NCBI GenBank assembly: GCA_001791615.1
Contig: MGEY01000052.1
Location: forward strand, 1-24,000
DNA length: 24,000 bases
Source of the DNA: Candidatus Uhrbacteria bacterium RIFOXYA2_FULL_40_9
Lineage (GTDB): Bacteria; Patescibacteriota; Patescibacteriia; UBA9934; GWF2-40-263
Direction of reading: 5' to 3'
A program made the translations under genes and the position numbers. The notes beneath the pieces are model-generated. The model saw nothing but the letters and a program-made list of their open reading frames with translations, was not told the DNA's origin and searched no databases. Positions 1 through 7,891 of this stretch are shown here, in pieces (the first letter of the stretch is position 1; the number at the start of each line of letters is the position of its first letter).

Positions 1-718
1 CTTCAAAAAACCTCTGAATCGGACCAATATCTACCTTGTTAGCAAGATTCCATTCATACACTGTACGATCCACACCAATAGCAGGCTCTTCAGGAATCCA
101 AATCTCACGAACCACCACCTGATGAACTCCAAGTTGACCAGCTCGAAGAATAAATTGATAGACATCCTCAAACGTCATCACACTACTACGCGTCACAACC
201 AAGGAACAACGTACAAGAAGTTCCTCGTGAAGTGCGCGTGGAATAAGCTCAGCAGGGTTCCTCTTGATCTGCATAATCCGTTGATTGATTTCATCATCAA
301 AACTTGCAACAGAGAGTGTCAACATAGTCAATCCAGCTTCAGAAAGTCGACCAAGAAGATCACTTTTTGGCATGCCTGTCTGCATCAGAAAAGCATTCGT
401 GTGCATATCAACAAGCGGAATATGCTGACGGGCCACGCGAATGAGATCACACAGATATCCGGCATCCTCTTGAGTCGGATCAGCACGACCAGTCAAAATC
501 GCATGAGTTGCCCCCACACGAGCAGAAAATCCAAGACCAACCTGTAGACGTCGCATACTGCACAACTTGATAGCACCGCACACAGGATCTTGTCCTGGAG
601 TTGTGCGAGAAATACACATCTGACAACCAGCCGTACATTTTGTCCGATCACTCACCTGAATAGAAACAGACTGAGCACGAAGGTAACCACCACCATGACT
701 GATGGGTGTTGTAGTCAT
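1..718 (-). CDS. Radical SAM domain protein, N-terminal about 239 aa (3' end runs off the window start)
   Basis: Not in the supplied track because there is no stop inside the window. Manual reverse translation from ATG at 718-716 gives MTTTPISHGGGYLRAQSVSIQVSDRTKCTAGCQMCISRTTPGQDP...LTGRADPT...LTLSVASFDDEINQRIM..., open to position 1. CTAGCQMC is a CX3CX2C radical-SAM cluster motif. GGAG (rc of 725-728) lies 6 nt upstream of the ATG. Confidence 0.7.
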   Translation of the reverse strand, partial: MTTTPISHGGGYLRAQSVSIQVSDRTKCTAGCQMCISRTTPGQDPVCGAIKLCSMRRLQVGLGFSARVGATHAILTGRADPTQEDAGYLCDLIRVARQHIPLVDMHTNAFLMQTGMPKSDLLGRLSEAGLTMLTLSVASFDDEINQRIMQIKRNPAELIPRALHEELLVRCSLVVTRSSVMTFEDVYQFILRAGQLGVHQVVVREIWIPEEPAIGVDRTVYEWNLANKVDIGPIQRFFE

Positions 719-856
719 AGGTTTCTCCATGAGGGTGTTGAGTTAAAAGAACGTAGGGCAACCCCACCGTGGGTTACCGGTATTTGTCTTCCGGTGAAAC
801 GTCGATTTTCATCAACATCTCGCAGAAAGGCCCGAACGTATTCGGGCAATGTCTTC

Positions 857-1666
857 TCACATCCTTCGAGAAATATCCGTGGAATGCACAAACTTGGCTC
901 CCATCTGAATCAATTTCTGAATCATACTGGCAATGTGTCCATCCACAATCTCAATTCCCTTGGTCCCATCCACGACAATGTAAACCTCGAAACCCTGCTT
1001 GAGCAGATCAAAAGCGGTATAGGCAACACAAATGTTGAACGCCAGCCCAACCAAGAAAATCCGACGCACCTGATACCGACGCATACGGATCTGTTCAAGA
1101 AGATTCGTAGGCTCTCCCACGGCATCAAAGACTGCACTATGGCTATCTTTTCGTGGGGACCGTCCCTTGTAGATCACGATTGCAAAAGGATATCTACGCA
1201 GTGCAGGAACAAGCATGGCCTGCTCTGTTCCTTCCATAGAATGCTCAACCCAAACAACCTGATACTCGCCCGTATTTGCGCGAACAGCCATTGCGTACTG
1301 ACGCAAGTAAGGCAGATCAAAACCTGCATGAGGCATGAGCATAGCAGGAGTGAGATTACTGACAAATCCTGGAGTAAGCAGTGTCTTGTTCCCAATCACT
1401 TCTGCCTCAGGTGCATACGAAGTATCAAAAGCAATATGTCCGCATACACGCTGATAGGTTGGATCATACGGATGGCAATCAATGGCTGTCCAGGTATTTT
1501 CCGGACCAAACAAAACGATCAACTGAATCACAGGATCCACAATTTCTTCAGCCTCAGGAACAGGCAAACCTCCGCCTGGAAAAAACCCTCCAGTTACATC
1601 CACAATACCAAGCATGTCATTAAATGGATTGATGAACACAGGTCGCTGGAGCTGATAAGGAAGCAT
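857..1666 (-). CDS. pncA: Nicotinamidase / isochorismatase-family cysteine hydrolase (PncA-like)
   Basis: 269-aa ORF with ATG at 1666 and AAAGGAG 6 nt upstream. It aligns by eye to E. coli PncA landmarks: LGIVDVTGGFFPGGGLPVPE (catalytic Asp region), IDCHP and WVEHS (metal His), YKGRSPRKDSHSAVFD (Lys), GLAFNICVAYTAFDLLKQGFEVYIVVDGTKGI (catalytic Cys). Confidence 0.85.
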   Translation of the reverse strand: MLPYQLQRPVFINPFNDMLGIVDVTGGFFPGGGLPVPEAEEIVDPVIQLIVLFGPENTWTAIDCHPYDPTYQRVCGHIAFDTSYAPEAEVIGNKTLLTPGFVSNLTPAMLMPHAGFDLPYLRQYAMAVRANTGEYQVVWVEHSMEGTEQAMLVPALRRYPFAIVIYKGRSPRKDSHSAVFDAVGEPTNLLEQIRMRRYQVRRIFLVGLAFNICVAYTAFDLLKQGFEVYIVVDGTKGIEIVDGHIASMIQKLIQMGAKFVHSTDISRRM

Positions 1667-1723
1667 GGGGATCTCCTTTTTTTGCTCCTTGAAATGGAGC
1701 AGGTGTGAGAAGGAAAGGAACGA

Positions 1724-1744
1724 TCTTTCAAACGTATTGAAAGA
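1724..1744. promoter_or_regulatory. Perfect 21-bp palindrome (8-bp arms, 5-bp centre) in the pncA upstream region; candidate operator
   Basis: tctttcaa-acgta-ttgaaaga, 58-78 nt upstream of the pncA ATG. An NrtR-like regulator is encoded about 700 nt away. Confidence 0.4.
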
Positions 1745-1794
1745 AGAAATCTTCCTCGGAATTGCTTCCGAAAAAGGTCTCTGAAAGACGTGCC

Positions 1795-1823
1795 AACTTA
1801 GCTGAAAATGGCCTTTTAGTCAA
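1795..1823 (-). promoter_or_regulatory. Putative promoter for pncA
   Basis: Minus strand TTGACT (rc 1818-1823), a 17-nt spacer, then TAAGTT (rc 1795-1800). This implies a leader of about 120 nt that contains the 21-bp palindrome. Confidence 0.4.
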
Positions 1824-1828
1824 TGGTT

Positions 1829-2323
1829 CTAAGAAAAAAAGAGTCGATATTTATTCTCATGAACAAAGGGAAAGAAAAAAAGGGGAAAAATCGCACGTTT
1901 TTGCGAGTATTCCCCCTCAAATTCAAAGAACAGAAGGTAACAATTAAGAGCCAAATCCTCCCATAGCAGTCTGGCTGAAACTCTGACCTGTCTGGCTAGC
2001 ACGCACAGCTGACTGAGAAAAGACCTGATAGACTTTACGAATCTCAGCAGGTGTTTCCCTGGGGTAAGAATCCATTCATCAAACAAATGACGAAAAACAG
2101 CCTGGGCAAAAACACGTACTCCAAGTTGTGCCCCAATCTCATTTTGTGGGACAAACTCTGTTCGTGTGCCACTTCCACATCCATCTGCAACGACTACAAC
2201 GAGGAATTGGCCATCAGGAGAACAGACCACATGGCTTGCGTCTTGATTATTTCGTCCAGCTTCTCGATGCTCTCGACCAATCACACTTCCTTGAGCAAAA
2301 GCGAAAGGGAGAGGGTGAGACAC
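1829..2323 (-). CDS. PP2C_2-type (PF13672-like) phosphatase-like protein, apparently C-terminally truncated
   Basis: The track ORF is 1829-2398. I prefer GTG at 2323, preceded by AAAGGAGAG with a 5-nt spacer. Motifs: GSVIGREHREAGRNNQDA...VVVVADGCGSGTRTEFVPQNEIGAQLG. The last about 40 aa are low-complexity (FPLFFFPFVHENKYRLFFS). At about 164 aa the length falls short of my recollection of about 230-260 aa for this family. Confidence 0.5.
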   Translation of the reverse strand: MSHPLPFAFAQGSVIGREHREAGRNNQDASHVVCSPDGQFLVVVVADGCGSGTRTEFVPQNEIGAQLGVRVFAQAVFRHLFDEWILTPGKHLLRFVKSIRSFLSQLCVLARQVRVSARLLWEDLALNCYLLFFEFEGEYSQKRAIFPLFFFPFVHENKYRLFFS

Positions 2324-2409
2324 AAGAACTCTCCTTTTGTTAAATTGTAAAACGGAACTTCTTTCGAAAAAGATCTGCTTTGAGTGTATATTATACACTT
2401 ACTATCTGT

Positions 2410-2439
2410 CAAGAGAAAAAGCGGAATACCCTTCCGCTT
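2410..2439 (-). terminator. Rho-independent terminator downstream of nrtR
   Basis: Minus strand reads AAGCGGAA-gggta-TTCCGCTT followed by TTTCTCTT. An 8-bp stem with a 5-nt loop, beginning about 15 nt after the stop. Confidence 0.7.
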
Positions 2440-2453
2440 ATCCACACACTCTC

Positions 2454-3125
2454 TTAGAGGACATCAATATACTCAAGTATTCGATGTTTAAATTGATAAA
2501 GTTCTGCGGGACGATTTGCTTCCCCTTTTCGCTGTTTCCCAGATTTTTTAATCAAATTTAATGACAAAATTTTCTTTCTAAAATTACGCTTATCAAACGA
2601 TATTCCCAAAATGATTTCATAAATACGTTGCAAATCTGTCAGAGTGAAATCTTTTGGAAGCAAACTCCAAACCACATTCGTATATTCTAATTTTGCTTGA
2701 AGTCTCCCCACAGCATCTTGAATCATTTCTTTATGATCATAGGCAAGCGTTGGTAAATGTGAAAGAGACCACCAACGCACATCAGTATATTTATCCGTGG
2801 TCTTGAGGGTAACATCTTCTCCAATAACAAGAGCAAAATGAGCAACAGAAATAGTTCGTGTAAGAGGATCACGTTTTGGATGATCAAAAGTTTTAAGTTG
2901 TTCTAAATAGACATTGCTCATCGCTGTTTGCGCTTTCAAAATACGCCGAGCCGCCTGTTCTGTGGTTTCTTGTTGTTCAATAAGTCCACCTGGAACAGCC
3001 CACATTCCGGCAAAAGGCTTTTTCTTCATTTGGATGAGTAAAACCTTTAATTCCCCAGCTTGTACCGTAAAAATAACAGAATCAACAGCTATTTTAATGG
3101 TTTGCTTAATCGTTTTTGTTGCCAT
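2454..3125 (-). CDS. nrtR: NrtR-like regulator: degenerate Nudix domain plus C-terminal winged-helix domain
   Basis: Nudix box GGLIEQQETTEQAARRILKAQTAM keeps G-x5-E but has lost the RE..EE catalytic glutamates. The C-terminus FTLTDLQRIYEIILGISFDKRNFRKKILSLNLIKKSGKQRKGEANRPAELYQF resembles the NrtR DNA-binding domain. ATG at 3125 is preferred over the track GTG at 3155 because a TTGACA-17-TACTTT promoter sits at 3147-3175. Confidence 0.7.
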   Translation of the reverse strand: MATKTIKQTIKIAVDSVIFTVQAGELKVLLIQMKKKPFAGMWAVPGGLIEQQETTEQAARRILKAQTAMSNVYLEQLKTFDHPKRDPLTRTISVAHFALVIGEDVTLKTTDKYTDVRWWSLSHLPTLAYDHKEMIQDAVGRLQAKLEYTNVVWSLLPKDFTLTDLQRIYEIILGISFDKRNFRKKILSLNLIKKSGKQRKGEANRPAELYQFKHRILEYIDVL

Positions 3126-3146
3126 AGGTAAGTGTTTACATGACAC

Positions 3147-3175
3147 AAAGTACACGTCTTTTTTCTTCCTGTCAA
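3147..3175 (-). promoter_or_regulatory. Putative promoter for nrtR
   Basis: Minus strand TTGACA (rc 3170-3175), a 17-nt spacer, then TACTTT (rc 3147-3152). It starts 12 nt after the pyk stop. Confidence 0.4.
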
Positions 3176-3187
3176 GAAAAACCCCTG

Positions 3188-4591
3188 TTATTTGACTTCA
3201 ACTATTTCTAATCCAACCCCCTTCCCTAATCCAATCACAGCCAAACGCATTCCTTTACGAAGAAACTTCTGTTTTTGAAGGGATCGTATTGCTTGAGAAG
3301 TAAAATGATCTTGATCTTGTTGTTTCATCAAAAAAGGAATCACACCCCAGCGTATATTCATTTGATTCCTTTGTGTAAGTGTTGGGGCAGCAAGAAAAAG
3401 AGGAATTTCCGGATGTGTCATTAACGAAGCCTCTGACCAAGGAGCAAGAACCATGGAAGCTAAAACGCCATCAATATGCCCACCGAGAGCCAAAACTTTT
3501 ATGGCATGAGCAATGCTTGCTTGTGTGTTTTCAGGACGATCTGCTGTTAGTGGGACATCATCATAAGGAGAAGCTTCTGCTTCTTGAATAATTTTCTTCA
3601 TCATTTGCACCGCTTTCACTGGATATTTTCCTGTGGCTGATTCACCAGAAAGCATGACGGCACTGGTATGATCAAACACGGCATTTGCCACATCTGAAAC
3701 TTCTGCACGTGTAGGTCGCGGAGAAAAAATCATGGAATTCAACATTTGTGTAGCAACCACAACCGGCTTTCCTGCTCTTCGACATTTTTCAATCATTTCT
3801 TTTTGTCGGACAGGTACCTCTTCAGCAGAGATTTCAATTCCTAAATCTCCTCTGGCAACCATAATGCCATCGGCAGCTTTGAGAATTTCATCAAAATTGG
3901 TGATGGCTTCATGTTTTTCAATTTTTACGATAATTCTTGGAGGGATTTGCTTTGGCTTCAAAGCTCTTTTGATAAGAAAACGCAATTTATGAACATCTGT
4001 AGCAGACTTTACAAAAGAAAGAGCTATCCAATCAACTCCCTGTTCCACCCCAAAAAGAACATCAACACGATCTTTGGTTGTGAGAGATGAAAGGGAAAGA
4101 ACAGAATCAGGAAAATTCATTCCTTTATGCGAGGTTACTCTTCCAGAATTTTTGACTTTTGCGATAATAAGTCCTCCAGAAACCTTTCGCACCACTGTTT
4201 CAATGAGTCCATCATCAATTAAAATACGATGTCCTGGTTTCACCTCTTGTGCAAGCTTGGCATAGGTGACAGGCAAATAGCCAGCACTTCGCTGAAAAGG
4301 TTTCCCTGGAGAAAAAATGATTTCTTCTCCAGAAACCAAAGTAATTCCTTCTTCAGGTAATTCTCCTAAACGAATCTTTGGACCTTGAAGATCTCCAATA
4401 ATGGTAATGGGCTCCTCCTGCGAACGTGCTGCAACTCGAATTGACTGTAATAATTTTTTATGCCCCGCATGCGTTCCATGAGAAAAATTTAAACGTGCAA
4501 CATTCATACCTGCTTTTATCATGGCAGTAAGTGTGCTGATTTGTTCACTTGCCGGACCGATCGTGCACACAATTTTTGTCTTTTTTTCCAT
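3188..4591 (-). CDS. pyk: Pyruvate kinase
   Basis: [15 protein letters not shown]...[13 protein letters not shown]...[11 protein letters not shown]...[11 protein letters not shown]...ATQMLNSM...[10 protein letters not shown]. Start trimmed to ATG 4591. The track extension to 4651 overlaps htrA, whose TAG stop at 4593-4595 lies 1 nt from this ATG. Confidence 0.95.
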   Translation of the reverse strand: MEKKTKIVCTIGPASEQISTLTAMIKAGMNVARLNFSHGTHAGHKKLLQSIRVAARSQEEPITIIGDLQGPKIRLGELPEEGITLVSGEEIIFSPGKPFQRSAGYLPVTYAKLAQEVKPGHRILIDDGLIETVVRKVSGGLIIAKVKNSGRVTSHKGMNFPDSVLSLSSLTTKDRVDVLFGVEQGVDWIALSFVKSATDVHKLRFLIKRALKPKQIPPRIIVKIEKHEAITNFDEILKAADGIMVARGDLGIEISAEEVPVRQKEMIEKCRRAGKPVVVATQMLNSMIFSPRPTRAEVSDVANAVFDHTSAVMLSGESATGKYPVKAVQMMKKIIQEAEASPYDDVPLTADRPENTQASIAHAIKVLALGGHIDGVLASMVLAPWSEASLMTHPEIPLFLAAPTLTQRNQMNIRWGVIPFLMKQQDQDHFTSQAIRSLQKQKFLRKGMRLAVIGLGKGVGLEIVEVK

Positions 4592-4592
4592 A

Positions 4593-5816
4593 CTATTCTT
4601 CTGATTGATAAGCTTTAAGAAGGACAAGTATTTCTTTTGTTTCTCCTTCACGAAGAATCATTAAAACAACCTCGTCTCCAGGGAAATATTGATAAATGAC
4701 TTCTCCCAAGGTCTCTCTTCCAGAAAGTGATTCTCCGTTTATGGAAAGAATGACATCCCCTTCTTGAAGCCCGGCTTCTGCTGCAGGGCTCCCCGCAATC
4801 ACAGCTTCTTCTTCCTGACTACTTTGAACAAGAGCCCCGTACTCAGATGCAAGATCCATTTCTATCGCGTATTCAGGAGTCAACATTACATACCAAACCC
4901 CTAACCACGGACGTCTGACTTCTCCATAGGTTTGAATATCGCTGACAATACGTTTTACATCATTGATAGGAATGGCAAATCCAATGGAATCTCCGTCATA
5001 ACTCAGTGCAGTGTTCACGGCAATCACTTCACTAAGCAAGTTGATTAAGGGCCCACCAGAATTCCCAGGATTAATGGCAGCATCTGTTTGCAACGCGTTG
5101 CGAATAACCGCATTACTTCCATCATCATCATAAGCAACAATAGAACGATTCGTTCCAGAAATTACTCCTTTAGTCACGGTATTTTCAAATTCAGAAAGAC
5201 TGTTTCCAATAGCGATCACCGTTTGCCCCACTTTTGCAAAATCAGAATCTCCAAAAGAGACAATGGGATATCCATCACCTTCTACATCTAGAACAGCAAT
5301 ATCATAATAAGGATCAAGAGCCACAATCCTTGCTGGCAATTCTTTTCCATCGCTTGTTACAACAAGGTAAACAGCGTCTTCATCAGAAACAACATGACGA
5401 TTGGTTACAACATACCCATCTTCTGTGACAAAAAATCCTGTCCCCCCTCCAATTTCAACTAATTCTTGTGCCTCTGTTTCTGTATAAACGGGAATTTCCT
5501 CATAAGGAGAAAAGAAATCGAAATAGGAATCATTATAAGAGTAAAGATTGCCTCGTTCTTTCTTAATTACAATGCTCACAACAGCAGGTGCAACACGTTC
5601 CACCACAGCGATCGTGGCACTTTCCTCTTCAATCATTTCAACAATTTTTGCATCTACCGCCTTATTCGAATCAGAAGTAATCTGCAAAAACTCATCAACG
5701 TGTAAAAGACCTGTGAGATAAAAGGCAAGAAAAATACCAACGAACGCCCCGATAAGAGCGGCGATGGACATACCAAAGATAAATGCAATTTGTAAAGAAG
5801 TTTTTTTCAGTGTCAT
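4593..5816 (-). CDS. htrA: Membrane-anchored HtrA/DegP-family serine protease with C-terminal PDZ domain
   Basis: N-terminal TM helix ([25 protein letters not shown]). Catalytic triad contexts TNRHVV, DIAVL and [12 protein letters not shown]-like tail ([23 protein letters not shown]). GGAGG lies 4 nt before the ATG. 4-nt ATGA overlap with the nrdR stop. Confidence 0.9.
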   Translation of the reverse strand: MTLKKTSLQIAFIFGMSIAALIGAFVGIFLAFYLTGLLHVDEFLQITSDSNKAVDAKIVEMIEEESATIAVVERVAPAVVSIVIKKERGNLYSYNDSYFDFFSPYEEIPVYTETEAQELVEIGGGTGFFVTEDGYVVTNRHVVSDEDAVYLVVTSDGKELPARIVALDPYYDIAVLDVEGDGYPIVSFGDSDFAKVGQTVIAIGNSLSEFENTVTKGVISGTNRSIVAYDDDGSNAVIRNALQTDAAINPGNSGGPLINLLSEVIAVNTALSYDGDSIGFAIPINDVKRIVSDIQTYGEVRRPWLGVWYVMLTPEYAIEMDLASEYGALVQSSQEEEAVIAGSPAAEAGLQEGDVILSINGESLSGRETLGEVIYQYFPGDEVVLMILREGETKEILVLLKAYQSEE

Positions 5817-6319
5817 ATTCCTCCATTTTTTGATGATGATTTTTTTTGATGCTCTTTTGAGCGTGTTTGTTTTTGTGAAAGCTTGGCAAGCTCTGTTTCA
5901 AATGTTTTTGCATCCTCAAATTGCCGATACACAGAAGCGAATCGAATGTAGGCAACTGTGTCAAAACGCTGAAGATGTTTCATAACCATTTCTCCAACTT
6001 CTTCGCTTGTTAATTGTCCTCCTTTCTTTTTTTGAATATCTCTCTCAATTTTTCGTACGAGCTGAGTAAAACGTTCATCTGTATAAGGTCGCTTTTCTAA
6101 AGCTTTTTCTAAACCACGCACAAGTTTTTCTCGCACATAGTTCTCTCGTCGTCCATCACGTTTAATGATTGTGATATCTAAAAGCTCAACCTCTTCAAGA
6201 GTAGAAAAACGAAATCCACACTTATCACATTCTCGACGACGACGAACACTCGCTCCATCTGAAGACATGCGAGAATCAATGACTTTTGTGTCTTTATGAT
6301 TACAAATTGGACATCTCAT
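5813..6319 (-). CDS. nrdR: Transcriptional repressor NrdR (zinc ribbon plus ATP-cone)
   Basis: MRCPICNHKDTKVIDSR...RRRRECDKCGFRFSTLEEVEL...VYRQF. Start trimmed to ATG 6319, the canonical MRCP N-terminus. The track start at 6376 adds 19 non-conserved residues. Confidence 0.95.
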   Translation of the reverse strand: MRCPICNHKDTKVIDSRMSSDGASVRRRRECDKCGFRFSTLEEVELLDITIIKRDGRRENYVREKLVRGLEKALEKRPYTDERFTQLVRKIERDIQKKKGGQLTSEEVGEMVMKHLQRFDTVAYIRFASVYRQFEDAKTFETELAKLSQKQTRSKEHQKKSSSKNGGI

Positions 6320-6328
6320 AGTACTGCT

Positions 6329-6334
6329 ATTATA
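6329..6334 (-). promoter_or_regulatory. Consensus -10 hexamer TATAAT only 9 nt upstream of the nrdR ATG
   Basis: Minus strand reads ...aaaatgcggTATAATagcagtactATGagatgtcc. I see no convincing -35 (a T-run) and no Shine-Dalgarno. Confidence 0.35.
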
Positions 6335-6397
6335 CCGCATTTTTCCTGAAGAAAAAAAGATTTGCCCCCTCTTCACAGAATATCAGAATTATTCTGT

Positions 6398-6426
6398 TTC
6401 AAAAACACCCCAAACGCGGGGTGTTT
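6398..6426 (-). terminator. Rho-independent terminator downstream of ftsZ
   Basis: Minus strand reads AACACCCC-gcgttt-GGGGTGTT followed by TTTGAAAC. A GC-rich 8-bp stem about 15 nt after the ftsZ stop. Confidence 0.7.
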
Positions 6427-6440
6427 CTTTTTTCTTTCAG

Positions 6441-7691
6441 TTACATCATCTTTTTCCGAATAAAGGCAGGGATTTCAATTTCATCTTCTTCTTCCTTCTT
6501 TTTTGTTTGTTGTGCAGACGTCATCGGACTTGCGGTCATCACCGGAGGTTTTGATTCAACACGCTCTTGTACAACAGGTGCAAATTCTTGTTGCCTTGCT
6601 TGTGGTGTGTACCCAAAAGAGGCTTTTCTTTTTGCACGATATTCCTCTTCTTCACGAATACGGAGAAGTGTACTTGGGGGAGTCCAAGTTCCTTGTGCTT
6701 GAACTTCTACGGATCCTGGTGTTGCGGCACGACGTTCTCGACTATCAAATCCAGTGGCGACTACTGTAATACGAATATCTTCTCCCAAAGTTGGATCAAT
6801 ATTTGCTCCAAAAATTACCTTTGCATCCTCATCTGCAGAACCCGTAATGACTTTTGCTGCCTCAGCAACCTCATGCATCCCTAGATTTTCACTTCCTGTA
6901 ATAGTGAATAAAATTCCTTTTGCGCCATCGATTGAGAGTTCAAGAAGAGGACTTGCAATGGCTTGCTTTGCGGCTTCAACTGCACGATTTTCTCCTGAAG
7001 CTTTTCCAATTCCCATCAAAGCAGAACCTGAACTTGCCATAATTGCCTTAACGTCCGCATAATCTACATTGATAAGTCCTGGAACAGTAATCAATTCTGC
7101 GATCCCTTGGACACCTTGACGCAAGACATCATCAACCACACAAAAAGCATCTACCAGAGAGGTTTTTTTATCAATGATTTGAAGGACACGATCATTAGGA
7201 ATTGTGATAATGGCATCCACATGTTGAAGGAGCTTTTCAAATCCTTCATCAGCAATACGACGTCGTTGAGCTCCTTCAAAAGAAAATGGTTTTGTGACAA
7301 CAGCAACTGTTAAAGCACCCATGTCTCTTGCAAGTTTTGCAATTTCAGGAATTGCTCCTGTGCCTGTCCCCCCTCCAAGACCGCAAGTTAAAAAAATCAT
7401 GTCAGAACCCGTCAAAACTTCGCGAAGTTCATTCTGTGTTTCTTCTGCAGAACGCATGCCAATTTCTGGATTCATTCCTGCTCCCAAACCACGCGTGATT
7501 GTCTTTCCAATCGCGATCTTTTTAGGAGCTTCGTTTTGATTCAAAGCCTGAACATCAGTGTTCACAGCAATGAAATCCACCCCCTTGATATTGTTTCGAA
7601 TCATGCGATTCAAAGAAGCTCCACCTCCTCCTCCAATTCCAACGACTTTGATCTTTGCAAATGTTTCAATGTCAGGTTTTACTTGTGCCAT
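6441..7691 (-). CDS. ftsZ: Cell division GTPase FtsZ
   Basis: IKVVGIGGGGGASLNRM, GLGGGTGTGAIP (tubulin signature), a long linker, and the C-terminal peptide EIPAFIRKKMM (FtsA/ZipA-binding type). ATG 7691 is preferred because it leaves 12 residues before IKV. The track start is TTG at 7712. Confidence 0.96.
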   Translation of the reverse strand: MAQVKPDIETFAKIKVVGIGGGGGASLNRMIRNNIKGVDFIAVNTDVQALNQNEAPKKIAIGKTITRGLGAGMNPEIGMRSAEETQNELREVLTGSDMIFLTCGLGGGTGTGAIPEIAKLARDMGALTVAVVTKPFSFEGAQRRRIADEGFEKLLQHVDAIITIPNDRVLQIIDKKTSLVDAFCVVDDVLRQGVQGIAELITVPGLINVDYADVKAIMASSGSALMGIGKASGENRAVEAAKQAIASPLLELSIDGAKGILFTITGSENLGMHEVAEAAKVITGSADEDAKVIFGANIDPTLGEDIRITVVATGFDSRERRAATPGSVEVQAQGTWTPPSTLLRIREEEEYRAKRKASFGYTPQARQQEFAPVVQERVESKPPVMTASPMTSAQQTKKKEEEDEIEIPAFIRKKMM

Positions 7692-7756
7692 AAATTGTTT
7701 CAAACTGAACAAATCAATTGTTCAAAAATAGCTTTCTTAAGCTGAAATACTTCTTA

Positions 7757-7785
7757 AATTTACTGAGTCATCAAGGTACTGTCAA
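7757..7785 (-). promoter_or_regulatory. Putative sigma-70-type promoter for ftsZ
   Basis: Minus strand TTGACA (rc 7780-7785), a 17-nt spacer, then TAAATT (rc 7757-7762). It lies between the ftsA terminator and the ftsZ start. Confidence 0.5.
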
Positions 7786-7833
7786 TCATTTGGTAGACAA
7801 AAATTGTGTTCACAAAGGCAAAACTGTTCTCAA

Positions 7834-7864
7834 CAAAAACAAAAAACAGGAGATCTTCCTGTTT
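7834..7864 (-). terminator. Rho-independent terminator downstream of ftsA
   Basis: Minus strand reads AAACAGGA-agatc-TCCTGTTT followed by TTTGTTTTTG, about 28 nt after the ftsA stop. Confidence 0.75.
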
Positions 7865-7891
7865 CTTATGTTATCCACATTTAAACATCTT

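Noticed and set aside
750-775. CAACCCC-containing element reminiscent of the NAD+ (nadA-motif) riboswitch core, next to an NAD-salvage gene
   Set aside because: The CAACCCC string is on the plus strand, whereas all transcription here is on the minus strand, which reads GGGGTTG. My recollection of the riboswitch consensus is also too imprecise to support a call.
590-1708. Largest plus-strand ORF in the left part (372 aa), along with 122-547, 769-1002 and 1381-1623
   Set aside because: They are antisense to the motif-supported pncA and radical SAM genes. The translations are rich in H/R/C/N/S, carry no recognisable motif and have no RBS. These are typical shadow ORFs.
1762-1947. 61-aa plus-strand ORF spanning the pncA upstream region and the 3' end of the PP2C-like gene
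   Set aside because: It has a Lys/Arg/Glu-rich low-complexity translation and no RBS. It overlaps a minus-strand promoter candidate and a coding region. With every supported gene on the minus strand, I treat it as spurious.
2390-2412. TTGACA and TATAAT hexamers upstream of the PP2C-like gene as a promoter pair
   Set aside because: The two hexamers are only 11 nt apart, too close for a sigma-70 -35/-10 pair. TATAAT (rc 2390-2395) may act alone, but I do not report the pair as a promoter.
4592-4651. N-terminal extension of pyruvate kinase in the track ([20 protein letters not shown])
   Set aside because: It overlaps the 3' end of htrA by 59 nt. The canonical pyruvate kinase N-terminus ([14 protein letters not shown]) starts at ATG 4591, right after the htrA stop.
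6376-6396. CAGAAT direct repeat plus the palindrome CAGAAT-T-ATTCTG between the ftsZ terminator and the nrdR -10; considered as an NrdR box or operator
   Set aside because: It does not resemble the NrdR-box consensus as I recall it (a 16-bp palindrome with an ACAC...GTGT frame, usually in tandem). It is a single short 6-bp-arm palindrome in AT-rich DNA, which could easily arise by chance.
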